Numbered from the stretch's first letter, positions 1-9,751 are shown. The stretch is 64,000 nucleotides of DNA from Dehalococcoidia bacterium (GCA_965261715.1 OZ253471.1:624763-688762); one strand, 5' to 3'. The notes: generated by a model from the sequence alone, not told the origin. Made by a program: numbers and translations.

Positions 1-798
1 GTCGCGCCATTCCTCGTAGCCGCCGTGCCGGTAGGACGCGTTGTCGTCAAGACCGACCTTACCGTCGATGGCCATGACCGTGCCCTCGGAGGTCAGGACG
101 AACGGATTGACCTCGACCAGCGTTGCGTCCATTTCGGTGAAGACGCGATAAAGATTGGCGAACATCTCGCCGGCCGGGCGGATGGCCGAGGATGGCAGGC
201 CAAGCTGGCTCGCGAGCGAGCGTCCACGGAACGCGGGATATCCCTCGACCGGATCGACCGGCACTCGCAGGACTGCTCGTGGGTTTTTCCTGTTGACCTC
301 TTCGATCGACTGTCCGCCTTCGGCGGACGCGACGATCAGCGGTTGCCCGTTGGCCCCATCTACCTGGATCGAGAAGTAGTACTCCTTGGCGATCGAGGTC
401 TGCTGTTCAATCAACACCGCCGAGATCGGCGCGCCGTCGGGGCCGGTCTGGACGCTGACCAGACGGCTGTCCTTGTCCATCATCGGACGGAATTCTTTGA
501 GCGCTTCCTCGACGCCGCTGGCCAGTCGGACCCCGCCACGGCGGCGGCCCGCGATCTGGCCTTCGCTGCGCTCGGGTTCGCGGGCCAAGTCGTTGTACAT
601 CCGGCTCGCGCGGTCGCGCTTGACAATCCGGCCCTTGCCTCGCCCGCCGGCGTGGACCTGCGCCTTAACGACGACATTAGGGCCGTGCTCTTGCAACAGC
701 GCGCGTGCTTCGCGCTCGGTCGTGGCGGCTCCGCCGCCGGGAACAGGGACGCCGTGCGCCTTGAACAATTGCTTGGCCTGATACTCGTGGATGTTCAT
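1..798 (-). CDS. sucC: Succinate--CoA ligase (ADP-forming) beta subunit, 5' portion; C-terminus runs off the window start
   Basis: Reverse-strand translation from ATG (complement of 796-798) reads MNIHEYQAKQLF...VVVKAQVHAGGRGK..., the canonical SucC N-terminus (ATP-grasp). It is absent from the ORF track only because no stop falls in the window. The long + strand ORF 25..891 is antisense to it. Confidence 0.85.
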   Translation of the reverse strand, partial: MNIHEYQAKQLFKAHGVPVPGGGAATTEREARALLQEHGPNVVVKAQVHAGGRGKGRIVKRDRASRMYNDLAREPERSEGQIAGRRRGGVRLASGVEEALKEFRPMMDKDSRLVSVQTGPDGAPISAVLIEQQTSIAKEYYFSIQVDGANGQPLIVASAEGGQSIEEVNRKNPRAVLRVPVDPVEGYPAFRGRSLASQLGLPSSAIRPAGEMFANLYRVFTEMDATLVEVNPFVLTSEGTVMAIDGKVGLDDNASYRHGGYEEWRD

Positions 799-881
799 TG
801 TCGCCAGCCAGTTGTGCCCAGTCGGGAGAAATGTTCGATACCGTCGATACCGAACATAGCGGCGCATAGGTACTTGGGCAA

Positions 882-2501
882 TTGCATATGACACTTAGCC
901 GACGGGACTTCGTTCGGCGGTTGGGCCTGGCGAGCGGTAGCGCTTTTTTTCTGGCGCTCGTGGGCTGCGGCGAGGACGACGACAGCGGCCAACCGACGCC
1001 GACGCAACGTGCGCCCTCGGAGTCCCGTCAACAGGCTCAGCCAGCTGTTGCGGCTACGGAGGTCCAGTCACAACCTCAGCAACAGATTCAGCAGACCTCG
1101 GCAGCGGCAGCCAGGCAACAATCCGATCAACACTCGCTGCCTCCCGCTCAGCAGGCCCAACAGCAGGCGCAGCAAGTCCAACCTGTTCAACAACAGGAGC
1201 AGCAAGCGGAACAGGTCGCACAGCCGGAGCCTCCCGCCGAACGCCGGATGCTGGTCCCGGATGTGGTTGCCGAGGGGTATGAGCTAGAAGATCCGGACTT
1301 CGATCCGCTCGACGGTGCGCGCGGCGATTTCGGCGTGATCGAAGGCGCGGGATATCGCATCGAGCTGCCGGAACAATGGAATGGCGAGCTCGTGCTCTGG
1401 GCGCATGGATTCCGTGGTCTCAACGACGAAGGCACCGGCTTCAGCCGTCGCCTGACCTTCGACGAGATACCGGCCCGCGACGTGATCATCGGCCAGGGAT
1501 ACGGTTGGGCGACATCCACATACCGAGTCAATGGATACGTGCCCGGCGTCGGCGTCGATGATCTATTGCGTGTTAAGGATCGTGTCGCGGAGATCGCTCG
1601 TCCGGCCCGCCGGACCTATATCGCCGGCGGATCAATGGGCGGCGCGACGGCACAGTTGATGGCGCAGGAGTTTCCCGACGAAGTAACGGCCGCCCTGGCG
1701 ATGTGTCCGGCGATGGGCAATGTCTGGGTCGTTGACTACACCGTCGCCTGGCACGCCCTGGCCCACTGGCTGATCGGATACGCGCCTGATCAAATGGATC
1801 CGGCTGGAATGATTGCCTGGGCTCGGGCATTGGGAGAGGCCGACGACACCGGTTTGAGGCTGACGCCGAAAGGCGAGCAGTTTGCGGCGCTGATCAAGGA
1901 CTTCACCGGCGGCGATCGCTGGGGCTTCGAAGACGGACTCCGACAGCAGTGGAATATCGCCTTTGGCCTCGGAGTGACGTTCTGGCCAAACATCATCGGC
2001 GCCAGCCCGTTCGATCCCGGCAGCGTAATCGCGGTGTCTGACGACATGCCACCGGCCGATACACGTGAGCACATCTATGCCGCTGATCCATCGGCAGGGA
2101 TCGACCTTGAGCGGTTGAACGCCGAGGTGATCAGGGTGACATCAAGTCCGGAGCGCCGGATGGATCCCGGTGTCGGCGTGCCAACAGGCGAGTTGCAAGT
2201 CCCGATGCTGGCGATGAAGACCACCGGCGACCTGTTCACGCCGATTCACCTGGATCGCGACTATCAGCGGCTGGTGACCGAGTCGGGCTGGGAACAGAAC
2301 CTGGTCATCCAGACGGTGCGTCGTGGCGGCCACTGCACGTTCTCGCAGTCGGAGTCGTTGGCCGCCTTTACGAGGATCATCACCTGGCTTTCGCTCGGCT
2401 TTACACCCGCCGGCGAGGATCTTCAGGGCGACCTGTCATTAGTTGGGATGAAATTCACCGATCCCTTCGACGAGGACGACCCTCTGCGTCCGCATGGGTA
2501 G
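882..2501 (+). CDS. Secreted/lipoprotein alpha/beta-fold hydrolase with Tat-type signal and Gln-rich linker
   Basis: N-terminus SRRDFVRRLGLASGSAFFLALVGCG (twin-arginine motif plus lipobox-like Cys). A long Q/A-rich low-complexity linker follows, then GGSMGG (GxSxG nucleophile elbow). Confidence 0.65.
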   Translation: MHMTLSRRDFVRRLGLASGSAFFLALVGCGEDDDSGQPTPTQRAPSESRQQAQPAVAATEVQSQPQQQIQQTSAAAARQQSDQHSLPPAQQAQQQAQQVQPVQQQEQQAEQVAQPEPPAERRMLVPDVVAEGYELEDPDFDPLDGARGDFGVIEGAGYRIELPEQWNGELVLWAHGFRGLNDEGTGFSRRLTFDEIPARDVIIGQGYGWATSTYRVNGYVPGVGVDDLLRVKDRVAEIARPARRTYIAGGSMGGATAQLMAQEFPDEVTAALAMCPAMGNVWVVDYTVAWHALAHWLIGYAPDQMDPAGMIAWARALGEADDTGLRLTPKGEQFAALIKDFTGGDRWGFEDGLRQQWNIAFGLGVTFWPNIIGASPFDPGSVIAVSDDMPPADTREHIYAADPSAGIDLERLNAEVIRVTSSPERRMDPGVGVPTGELQVPMLAMKTTGDLFTPIHLDRDYQRLVTESGWEQNLVIQTVRRGGHCTFSQSESLAAFTRIITWLSLGFTPAGEDLQGDLSLVGMKFTDPFDEDDPLRPHG

Positions 2502-2514
2502 GGCTTGTCAAATG

Positions 2515-2930
2515 GAGCTCTGCCCCTCGGGGAGAGCTTTGCGTAAGTCCTCTTCTCCCCCCTCGCGGGGGAGATGCCGCAGGCAGAGGGGGGGCTTCCC
2601 CTCTCTCAAGGCTTATCTGGTTGCTGGCGGCGGACCCCCCTCTGTCACTCCGTGACATCTCCCCCCGCAAGGAGACCTTTGAATGAGTCCCCTTCGCCCC
2701 CCTTGCGGGGGAGATGCCGAAGGCAGAGGGCGGGCTCCCCATCTCAAGGCCTATCTGGTTGCTGGCGGCGGACCCCCCCTCTGTCACTCCGTGACATCTC
2801 CCCCCGCAAGGGGGGGAGAGGGGAATCATGAGTTTTTCAAAGGTCTCTGCAAGGGGGGAGAGGGGATTTGTGAGCTTTGCGAAGGTCTCCAGAGGGGGAG
2901 CGCTGGGATCGCTAGCACTCCGCAAAGCTT
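2515..2930. repeat. Tandem copies of a GC-rich palindromic REP/MITE-like element (family A)
   Basis: Two near-identical units plus a partial unit: ...cccttgcgggggagatgccgaaggcagaggg...ctcaaggcctatctggttgctggcggcggacccccctctgtcactccgtgacatctccccccgcaaggggggga.... The same unit recurs at 31545-31700, 32855-32950, 35878-35940, 42020-42300 and 44330-44535. Confidence 0.8.
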
Positions 2931-4193
2931 TTATCGCGCTCGGGCAAACCCTGCCGGAATCATGCCGATTACCAGGCCCGACACCCGGCGATCCTCGCTC
3001 TGCCGCATTCTGCCGACGATTTGGCGGAGCACCGTTCCCAGGAGGGTTCGGTTGAAGAGCCAGTCGTTGAGGTCGGCGTCGGTCGGGTAGTTGGCGCCCG
3101 GTTGGGCGGTGGCGGCTTCGTGGTAGAAGGCACGCAGGTCGTCGGAGGCGAACTTTAGCCTCAACGGCATTGGATGATTCCAGTCGACTTCACTGTCGGA
3201 TGGGCCGTCCGACGGCTCTGCGCCGGTGGCGAAGTCCGCGACTAGTGTCGCCAGGTCTTCGATCTGTTCGACGGCTGCCCCGCTGATCCCGATTGTGGTC
3301 CGACCGCGTCGCTTGATCTGCTCCGCGTGCCACGGCGCAAGCTGTCGAATCTCCTCGACCAACTGATCGCGCAGCGCCTCGGACTCGTTGGCGGGCTCCG
3401 GCGGCGCCAATGCGACGGCGCAGGCCCATGGGTCGTCGCCGGAGGTCGGGGCGTCGTGCGGGTAGTCGGCGATGGTCGTTTCGGTCGCGGTTTCCAGCAA
3501 ATCCAGAGCAGACTTCAGCACATCGCGCTGGAAGTCGGGCTGGTCGGGCGAGCCGAGCGGCCGTCCCAAGGGGAACGGCACCCAGAGCGAGCGCGGCGGC
3601 TTCATGCCCTCTGGGTGGGCCCGAATCAGCGAGACGCCGGTCGTCGCGACGCGGCCATCGCTGCCGCGTTCGATGTAATGGCTGAGCGCACACACGGAGC
3701 GCGTGCAGAACGGTCAAACGGGTGTCAGGAACGCGGCATCAACTCCGTCCTCGGCCAGTAGCCGGCCAATCTCCTCGCCCGTCTTCTCAAGCCGAGTCGG
3801 CTCCGGCTGCGCGCCCATGAACGAGTAGTGATAGCGGCTGACGCCGCCGATCACACCCTGTTCCGCGAGCTCGCGCAAACGCTCAAGCGGGAAGACCGTG
3901 TTGATGTCCTGCTGGAATCCCGAACGGTCGAAGTTCACGGACATGTGCGACATCCGCAGGTCGTTGAAGTCGATCTCGCCGGGAATCAGACGGTACTCCA
4001 CCGAACCCGGATTGAACGTCCGATCGTCGTGGGAGTGCAAACCGGCGGTCGTGACGATCGCGATGGTCAATTCCGCCAACGGCTTGGGCGTAATCCATGG
4101 CTGGGGCTCGATCTCTGGGAGCGGAAGACTGAGCAGATTCTTCGCCATGTCGGGGTGCATGTCTTCGGTTCGGACCATGGGGCGGCTCCGCAA
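2931..4193 (-). CDS. GrdB/PrdB-family reductase-like protein with one in-frame TGA (candidate selenocysteine; otherwise a pseudogene)
   Basis: Track ORFs 3714..4193(-) and 2931..3695(-) are in the same frame, separated only by TGA at complement(3714-3716): ...AAFLTPV-[TGA]-PFCTRSVCALSHYIERG.... This gives a U-x-x-C context. No other stop lies between them. Confidence 0.5.
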
Positions 4194-4251
4194 GTGATCT
4201 GGAATTAGTTGTCCTGCTGACCATATCGGATGCTTGGCCGCCGATGCGGTA

Positions 4252-4347
4252 CGTCCCCGTCCCCGCCACCGAGCGGGGACCTGTTCCCTCTCGCGGTGGA
4301 TGCAGGCGTGGGCCGAGCGGGTCCCCGCTCGGTGGCGGGGACGGGAG
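4252..4347. repeat. 96-bp element with perfect 25-bp terminal inverted repeats (cccgtccccgccaccgagcggggac ... gtccccgctcggtggcggggacggg)
   Basis: The arms are exact reverse complements. Each arm also contains its own 7-bp sub-palindrome (tccccgc/gcgggga). It lies in the divergent intergenic region between 4193 and 4408. Confidence 0.7.
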
Positions 4348-4407
4348 CACTACAGGTCGATGGCAAGTCGCTGATAGTCTGAGATCATTCAGCAAATCAG
4401 GAGTGGG

Positions 4408-4752
4408 TTGATGCCCGAAGACAACATTGAAATAAGCGTGCGCATGGCTGACCGCGGCGAGGTCGGCTACCGGATGGTGTCGGCGTCAATCAGCAGCCGC
4501 GAAGGATCGCTGGGCGGCGCGTCGGTCGCCTTCACGATCGTTGATGGTCCCGGAACCCTGGCCTCGGCCGGCGGTCGTGAGCGCACGGTCGACTCTGACG
4601 AGTGGGGAATCGCCGAGGTCAACTGGTACCCCGACCAGCACCCACGCTCATCGCCCGAGGCCGATATTGTGCAGACGGTTACGATCCGCGCCGTCTGCGA
4701 GACGGCGGCTGGTGTCTCAATCAACGTCGCCTCTCCGCTCTGGAAGCACTAA
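4408..4752 (+). CDS. Hypothetical protein
   Basis: 114-aa ORF preceded by aggagtgggttg RBS-like sequence. No recognisable motif. Confidence 0.35.
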   Translation: MMPEDNIEISVRMADRGEVGYRMVSASISSREGSLGGASVAFTIVDGPGTLASAGGRERTVDSDEWGIAEVNWYPDQHPRSSPEADIVQTVTIRAVCETAAGVSINVASPLWKH

Positions 4753-4862
4753 GCATCCGCTGAACAATTCCGATCCCCGCTTCCCCCCTCGCGGGGGAAG
4801 CTGCCGAAGGCTGAAGGGGGTCCCGTTTGGCCGGCGGAGCCGGTTGTTCAGAGGTTCACTCA
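4750..4862. repeat. MITE-like element family B (degenerate copy)
   Basis: Core ...ctgaacaattccgatccccgcttcccccctcgcgggggaagctgccgaaggctgaagggggtccc...gttgttcagagg.... It matches the copies at 19397-19512, 32997-33112 and 47162-47278. Confidence 0.7.
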
Positions 4863-4932
4863 GTTGGCGGATGGCGGGCGGCCCCCTCCGCGCCTACGGC
4901 GCACCTCCCCCAGAGGGGGAGGTCGGAGCACT

Positions 4933-5640
4933 ATGCAACGCGATCAGAAGCCGGCCGAGCCGGAGCTTCCCGAGTGGCTGCAGAAGATCGAGCGCTTCCC
5001 CCAGGTTGATCCGGTTGTCCTGCTGGGCTTTGCGCCGGTCGCGCTCTATCTGTTCTTCGACCGCGTCTGGGATGTCCGTCCGGCAATCGCAGCGGCGGTG
5101 ATCGCCGCGGTCGTCGTCTTCTTTGTTCAGCGCCGGCTGCGACCGCAACACAAGGTCGTGTTTCGTCTGGCCGTGTTGGGCCTCGCGGTCATCATCGCCT
5201 TTGGCATCGCCGGTCTGATCTGGGACGACGGCAAGATCTTCTGGGCTTCCGATCCGATCGAAGACTTCATCGTCGGGACGATCTTTGCGATCAGCCTGTT
5301 CATGCGTCGGCCGATCATCAGCCCGGTGATCCGTGAACTGATGCCGGAAGTCGCGGACAAGTTGCCCGGCGACCACAAGATCTGGATGAAGGTGACCGCC
5401 GTCTGGACCGTCAAGATCCTGCTGGCCGGTGTGCTACGGCTCTGGCTGCTGGACAGCGTCGACGCCAATACCTACGCCATCCTCAGATGGCCGCTCGGTT
5501 GGGCGATGAACGCAGCGCTGTTTGCCTGGAGCGCCTACGTGGTGGGCGGCGCCATTCGCGAATACGCCGTTTCGCAGCTTCGCGCCGAATCAGGCGAGGC
5601 CGGCGAAGTGGTCGCGGAGTCCGAGATCAGTGAACGCTGA
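4933..5640 (+). CDS. Integral membrane protein (several TM helices), function unknown
   Basis: From ATG at 4933 (MQRDQKPAEPELPEWL...). Hydrophobic segments VVLLGFAPVALYLFF, IAAAVIAAVVVFFV, LAVLGLAVIIAFGIAGLIW. The upstream part of the track ORF overlaps the repeat element. Confidence 0.55.
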   Translation: MQRDQKPAEPELPEWLQKIERFPQVDPVVLLGFAPVALYLFFDRVWDVRPAIAAAVIAAVVVFFVQRRLRPQHKVVFRLAVLGLAVIIAFGIAGLIWDDGKIFWASDPIEDFIVGTIFAISLFMRRPIISPVIRELMPEVADKLPGDHKIWMKVTAVWTVKILLAGVLRLWLLDSVDANTYAILRWPLGWAMNAALFAWSAYVVGGAIREYAVSQLRAESGEAGEVVAESEISER

Positions 5641-6675
5641 GCGGAACCACTCGATCACCTCGGGGTGATAGGGGATGCCGCGCTCGGAACGATCGATCTC
5701 CGCCTCATGCTCCTCGAGTCCCGCGTAAATCACGCGCTCCTCACCCGGCGCCGTCGGCGTCTCCCGTAGCGATTTCAGGTACTGGTCCATGTTGGACTTG
5801 AACTCGTCGACATCGGTGAAGGCGGCGATGTTGAAGACCGTGAAGTGGTGTCCGACGCCCTTGAATCGATGCAGCGCCGATCCGGCGCCGGCCATGATCC
5901 CGCTGAGGATGTCGATCGACATGGCCAGCGAGTAGCCCTTGTGCGAACCGATCTCCCGCGTGCCGCCGAGCGGCAGCATCAGGAACTCGTCGGGCGTTGG
6001 GCCCGATTCCATGATCGGTGTGCCGTCGGCGCTGGCGACCCAGCCGGGCAGCAGGTCCTCTCCGAGGCGCTGCGCCAGGCGAATCTTGTTGCCGGCAACC
6101 GATGACATCGAGGCGTCGAAGATGAACGGAGCCTCTTCATTGGCAGGCGCCGCGACGCTGAGCGGGTTGAGTCCAACCATCGCTTGCGCGCCATGCGTCG
6201 GCGCGACGAGCAGACCGCCGACCGTCATCGAGAGGCCGATCATGTCGTGCTCGATCGCCATCTGCGCGTGATAGGCAGCCGCGCCGAAATGCCGGCCATT
6301 GTTGCAGACGACAGTGGCGACGCCGCAGTTGCGCGCCTTCTCGATTGCGATCTCCATGGCTTGCGGTCCGAGCGTGAGTCCGAGGCCGCGGTCGCAGTCG
6401 ATCGTCGCCGCGGCCGGGGCGTCGCGCTCCAGCTTCCAGTCGGGCGTGGGATTGATATCGCCCGATTTGAAGCCGGCGACGTAGGCGCGCAGCATGTTGG
6501 AGACGCCGTGCGAGTCGATCCCGCGCAGGTCGGCGTAGAGCAGCGTGTCGGTGCTGCGCGTGGCGTCGTCCTCGGGCATGCCCATCCGGGTGAAGATCTC
6601 GTGTACGGCGCCGTGCATTGCGTCACCGGGGATGCGAACGGCGATCTCTTCGGGGACGGCGAACTGCTTCAGCAT
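5590..6675 (-). CDS. Ldh-family oxidoreductase (malate/L-lactate/sulfolactate dehydrogenase type 2 family)
   Basis: 361 aa with the Ldh_2-type layout: ...GIDSHGVSNMLRAYV...GRHFGAAAYHAQMA...HKGYSLAMSIDILSG.... Its 3' end overlaps the convergent membrane-protein gene by 51 nt. Confidence 0.75.
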   Translation of the reverse strand: MLKQFAVPEEIAVRIPGDAMHGAVHEIFTRMGMPEDDATRSTDTLLYADLRGIDSHGVSNMLRAYVAGFKSGDINPTPDWKLERDAPAAATIDCDRGLGLTLGPQAMEIAIEKARNCGVATVVCNNGRHFGAAAYHAQMAIEHDMIGLSMTVGGLLVAPTHGAQAMVGLNPLSVAAPANEEAPFIFDASMSSVAGNKIRLAQRLGEDLLPGWVASADGTPIMESGPTPDEFLMLPLGGTREIGSHKGYSLAMSIDILSGIMAGAGSALHRFKGVGHHFTVFNIAAFTDVDEFKSNMDQYLKSLRETPTAPGEERVIYAGLEEHEAEIDRSERGIPYHPEVIEWFRSAFTDLGLRDHFAGLA

Positions 6676-6928
6676 GAGGGGCTCCAGGGCTGCTTCCCGC
6701 GGGTCAAGCAGGGCGCTCGCGGGTCGAATCTGATGGTCTGTCGAGCAGGGTACCGCCAGTCTGATTCGTGGTTGTCAGCTGAACTGTGGCAAGTATGCGC
6801 TTTATCGTCCGTTGACATTTCCTTGATGTCGCGGACCGCTGATCTGCATAACGTCGGGAATGGAGACAACGGAAGGGCGGCGCAGGGCAGCTCGCCGGAC
6901 TCCAAGCAGATCAGAGGAGTGTGACGTC

Positions 6929-7183
6929 ATGAATGCGATGCCTGACTCGAATCCCTACGCGCTGGTTCAGCCGCAGCTCAAGGAGACGTACATGCGCGAA
7001 ATCGCCCGGCGTCGATGGATGAGCCAGCAGGAGCAGGAGCGCAAGCAGGCGCGCCGCCAGCGCGTCGCCAAGGTCGCCGACCGCGTCAAGCAGGTTCAGC
7101 GACTGCGACCCGGCCATGCAGTGGCCCACTCGCTGTCGCCGGTCTACAGCATGTTCAGCGAATCCTTCTTCCGCGGTCTCTAA
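6929..7183 (+). CDS. Small basic hypothetical protein
   Basis: ATG at 6929 is preceded by aggagtg. It is followed by a clear rho-independent terminator (gggcgaccctcgtggtcgccctttcgg at 7213-7240). Confidence 0.4.
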   Translation: MNAMPDSNPYALVQPQLKETYMREIARRRWMSQQEQERKQARRQRVAKVADRVKQVQRLRPGHAVAHSLSPVYSMFSESFFRGL

Positions 7184-7263
7184 GGCGGCTCACGGACCAG
7201 GAAGCAACTGTAAGGGCGACCCTCGTGGTCGCCCTTTCGGTTGCCTGCCGGACGCAACCTCCG

Positions 7264-7725
7264 CTACTCCCCTCGTGCACAGGCAAACAAGCCGTGCGGC
7301 TCATGGCCGCCGACCGCAAACAGATTGCCGTTGGGAGACCAATCAGCACGGTGCCTCGGTACAGATTCATATGAGTCGTGGTTTCGGCAGCTGGCCGCTG
7401 CAATGAGCTCACGGTCCACTTCGCCACCACGTCCGACTATCAACACCCGGAAATTGTACAGACCGTTGACCAGGAGTTCAGGGAGTACGCTCTCTCCCCT
7501 CAGTGTGATTTGAATTGAGTCACCCGTTGGATTCCAAGCTGCAGCTCGCTGCCAATGGGTCCACGGCTTGCTGCCAAAGTCAAGTTCCACTCCTCTCGCA
7601 GTCGACAGATCGAGCAGCATCGCACCGTGAATGAAGTCGATCGCGTAGACGTCCCAAACGGCCAATACGAGAGCTTGCTCTTCCTTGGACCAGTAGACAA
7701 CCAGCCTGGGTCTTTCACGGTCCAT
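7264..7725 (-). CDS. Hypothetical protein; possibly the C-terminal part of the upstream lipoprotein gene (same frame, separated by one TAG)
   Basis: Same reading frame as 7777..9483(-). A single TAG at complement(7777-7779) is the only stop between them. Confidence 0.35.
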   Translation of the reverse strand: MDRERPRLVVYWSKEEQALVLAVWDVYAIDFIHGAMLLDLSTARGVELDFGSKPWTHWQRAAAWNPTGDSIQITLRGESVLPELLVNGLYNFRVLIVGRGGEVDRELIAAASCRNHDSYESVPRHRADWSPNGNLFAVGGHEPHGLFACARGE

Positions 7726-7776
7726 GCTCGGATCGAACGGCGGCCATATCTGCGTTCCGGTTGATCGCTGACTGGA

Positions 7777-9483
7777 CTACACAACAACAGCGCGAAGGTC
7801 GTGTTGTCGGGCACTGTATAGCCAAGCTCGCCCTGTCGATTCCTCAACCACCATGGCGTGTCGCCGCAACGGTGACCACGCGATATAGATTGGCTCTTCA
7901 AGCGTGTCGCCTCCCTCTACTGACCGTATACGAGCAACGTCTTCATCCTTGCTCCCTCCAGATTCAAATGGCTCAAATCGAAGGAATTCGCCAGTGAATG
8001 TGAACACCAATGTGTGCAAATCTAGATCGCCCTTGATATCCACGCACAAGGCAGCAGTCGCAATCGTGTCGTCGCCGTGAAACTCCCACGTGCTGAAGTA
8101 GCCGTCAGCAAATGGTGGATCCACACGGCACGCTCGTCCTCGAAACTCACGACTCCAGAATGGGTCGAGTCGGATCATGTGACCTTCATCGTGGAACAGG
8201 AGCGTCGTAGGGGAACGTGGTTCCTGGCCTCTGTCGAACAAGGCGATTCGGAGCATGACTGCTTTGCTGTTTTTCGACCACTTTAGGTTCGCGTTCCACC
8301 CGCTGGATGTCATACCGAGGGATGACGCCACCTCCAATGTTCTGAAATCCTCAACAAAGGCGATGCGCTGCGTTCCGTCAAGCGGAATGATCAGCACACT
8401 ATTGTCTCGACCGCAATCAAGATCACGAGCGCACAGATCAGCGATCGCCAGATACCGACCATCCGGCGACAACTTCGCAAAGCCGGGCGGACGCGCGATG
8501 AATTCCAACTCATCCGTCTCCGGACGCCACTGCCAGATGTGGGTGTCGTTGTGAGCCAGCAGCCAACCCCAGGGCAGCCACATCCACTCGTTCGCTCTCG
8601 GTAGAATCTTCCCCTGCCCGACGCGAAAGTCATCTCCGGGGAAGATGACCGTCTCATCGCCAATCAGAATGGGCAGGTCTTGCAGCGTGACGTCGCCAGC
8701 CGGCAGGTTCACCTCGTCGATCGGCGCGCCGGTGATTGTTGACGTGTCGTCCTCAATTTTCAGCAGCCGGACTTCCGCGCCGTCTGCCGACTGCCCCATC
8801 ACCCCGTACTCCACGCCTCGCCACTCGGCGATCAGCGGAGGCGCTGGCTTTTCTAGCACCTGCCGTTGCTCGACCCTCCCGAGATCCAGCATCGTCGTGC
8901 GGATCCAGCCCTCTAAATCTCCGCCGAATCTGATCCGGTACCAACCGTCGGCGTGTTGTAGGACCGCCACTGACGCCCCGGACTCCAGCCGATCCATAAC
9001 CGGCCAGGCCAACCCCGGCCGCATCCGTACATCGGCGTCCTGCACAACAGCAGCGGGCACATCGGTCCGATCCAGGGGATGTTGCCTGGGTTCCGGCCTA
9101 GCCTCCTCAGCCTGATCGTCAGTCCGTGCGGGCGCTGCCTCGGGTGATGGCTGTTCTGAGACTTGCGCCGTCTCCTCCGCAGTCGACGCCTCCGCTGGCA
9201 GCGCATCCTCAGGCTCATCCGCGGCCGCTGGCTCTGCTTCTGACTCTGCTGCGCGGTCGACATCCCCAGGCCGCCTCGATGCCTGGGCGGCTGATTGCCC
9301 TGGAGCTTCCTGCTGCGCAACCGGTTTCGACGCCCGCTGCGTCTGCGTCTGAGGCTCGGACACCGAAACCGGCTCGTCGCCTCCACACGCGGCCACCACC
9401 ACGGCCAGAAACAACGCACAGTACAGACATAGGACTCGCATACAGATAGAAACGTACTGCGCTCCGGCAATGTTCCCAACCAC
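7777..9483 (-). CDS. Lipoprotein with acidic Pro/Ala/Glu-rich linker, bacterial SH3-like domain and beta-rich C-terminal region
   Basis: Signal peptide plus lipobox: LCLYCALFLAVVVAACGG. SH3_3-like segment: MRPGLAWPVMDRLESGASVAVLQHADGWYRIRFGGDLEGWIRT. Confidence 0.6.
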   Translation of the reverse strand: MVGNIAGAQYVSICMRVLCLYCALFLAVVVAACGGDEPVSVSEPQTQTQRASKPVAQQEAPGQSAAQASRRPGDVDRAAESEAEPAAADEPEDALPAEASTAEETAQVSEQPSPEAAPARTDDQAEEARPEPRQHPLDRTDVPAAVVQDADVRMRPGLAWPVMDRLESGASVAVLQHADGWYRIRFGGDLEGWIRTTMLDLGRVEQRQVLEKPAPPLIAEWRGVEYGVMGQSADGAEVRLLKIEDDTSTITGAPIDEVNLPAGDVTLQDLPILIGDETVIFPGDDFRVGQGKILPRANEWMWLPWGWLLAHNDTHIWQWRPETDELEFIARPPGFAKLSPDGRYLAIADLCARDLDCGRDNSVLIIPLDGTQRIAFVEDFRTLEVASSLGMTSSGWNANLKWSKNSKAVMLRIALFDRGQEPRSPTTLLFHDEGHMIRLDPFWSREFRGRACRVDPPFADGYFSTWEFHGDDTIATAALCVDIKGDLDLHTLVFTFTGEFLRFEPFESGGSKDEDVARIRSVEGGDTLEEPIYIAWSPLRRHAMVVEESTGRAWLYSARQHDLRAVVV

Positions 9484-9751
9484 GCAAACTCGCTAATATA
9501 AGAACACACGTGCCAAATAGCCAGGAAGACCCACCCATGCCCACCCCCATCTAATACAGAGCCTTCATCAACCGCCTCGCCCACCTCGCCGACGCCCGCA
9601 ACCTATCGCACATCTGTGTCGCCGCCACCGGCCTCATGCCCCGCCAACTCTCCCCGGCCAACTAATGGCGGCTTTCGCGACCAACCGGTCCGGGAGCCGC
9701 CGTCTTTGACTCCTGGGAACATCGCGACTCTGATGCCCGGATCCTGCGGTA

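Noticed and set aside
25-891. 288-aa + strand ORF (and nested ORFs 155..379 and 386..781)
   Set aside because: It is antisense to a clearly recognisable sucC (MNIHEYQAKQLF... on the minus strand). This is a high-GC antisense artefact.
2515-2930. Possible CRISPR array (regularly spaced repeats)
   Set aside because: The repeated units are about 120 bp, imperfect, internally palindromic and contiguous, with no short unique spacers and no cas genes. They are REP/MITE-like, not CRISPR.
2455-3090. ORFs 2455..2925(-), 2574..2831(+), 2683..3090(+), 2828..3055(+), and similar small ORFs at 31488..31862, 42036..42361, 44311..44633
   Set aside because: They lie entirely within family-A palindromic repeats. 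Their Pro/Gly/Arg-rich translations are repeat artefacts.
3190-4395. ORFs 3190..3717(-), 3327..3761(+), 3883..4395(-), 3828..4208(+)
   Set aside because: They overlap the GrdB/PrdB-like gene in other frames or antisense. Arg/Pro-rich high-GC noise.
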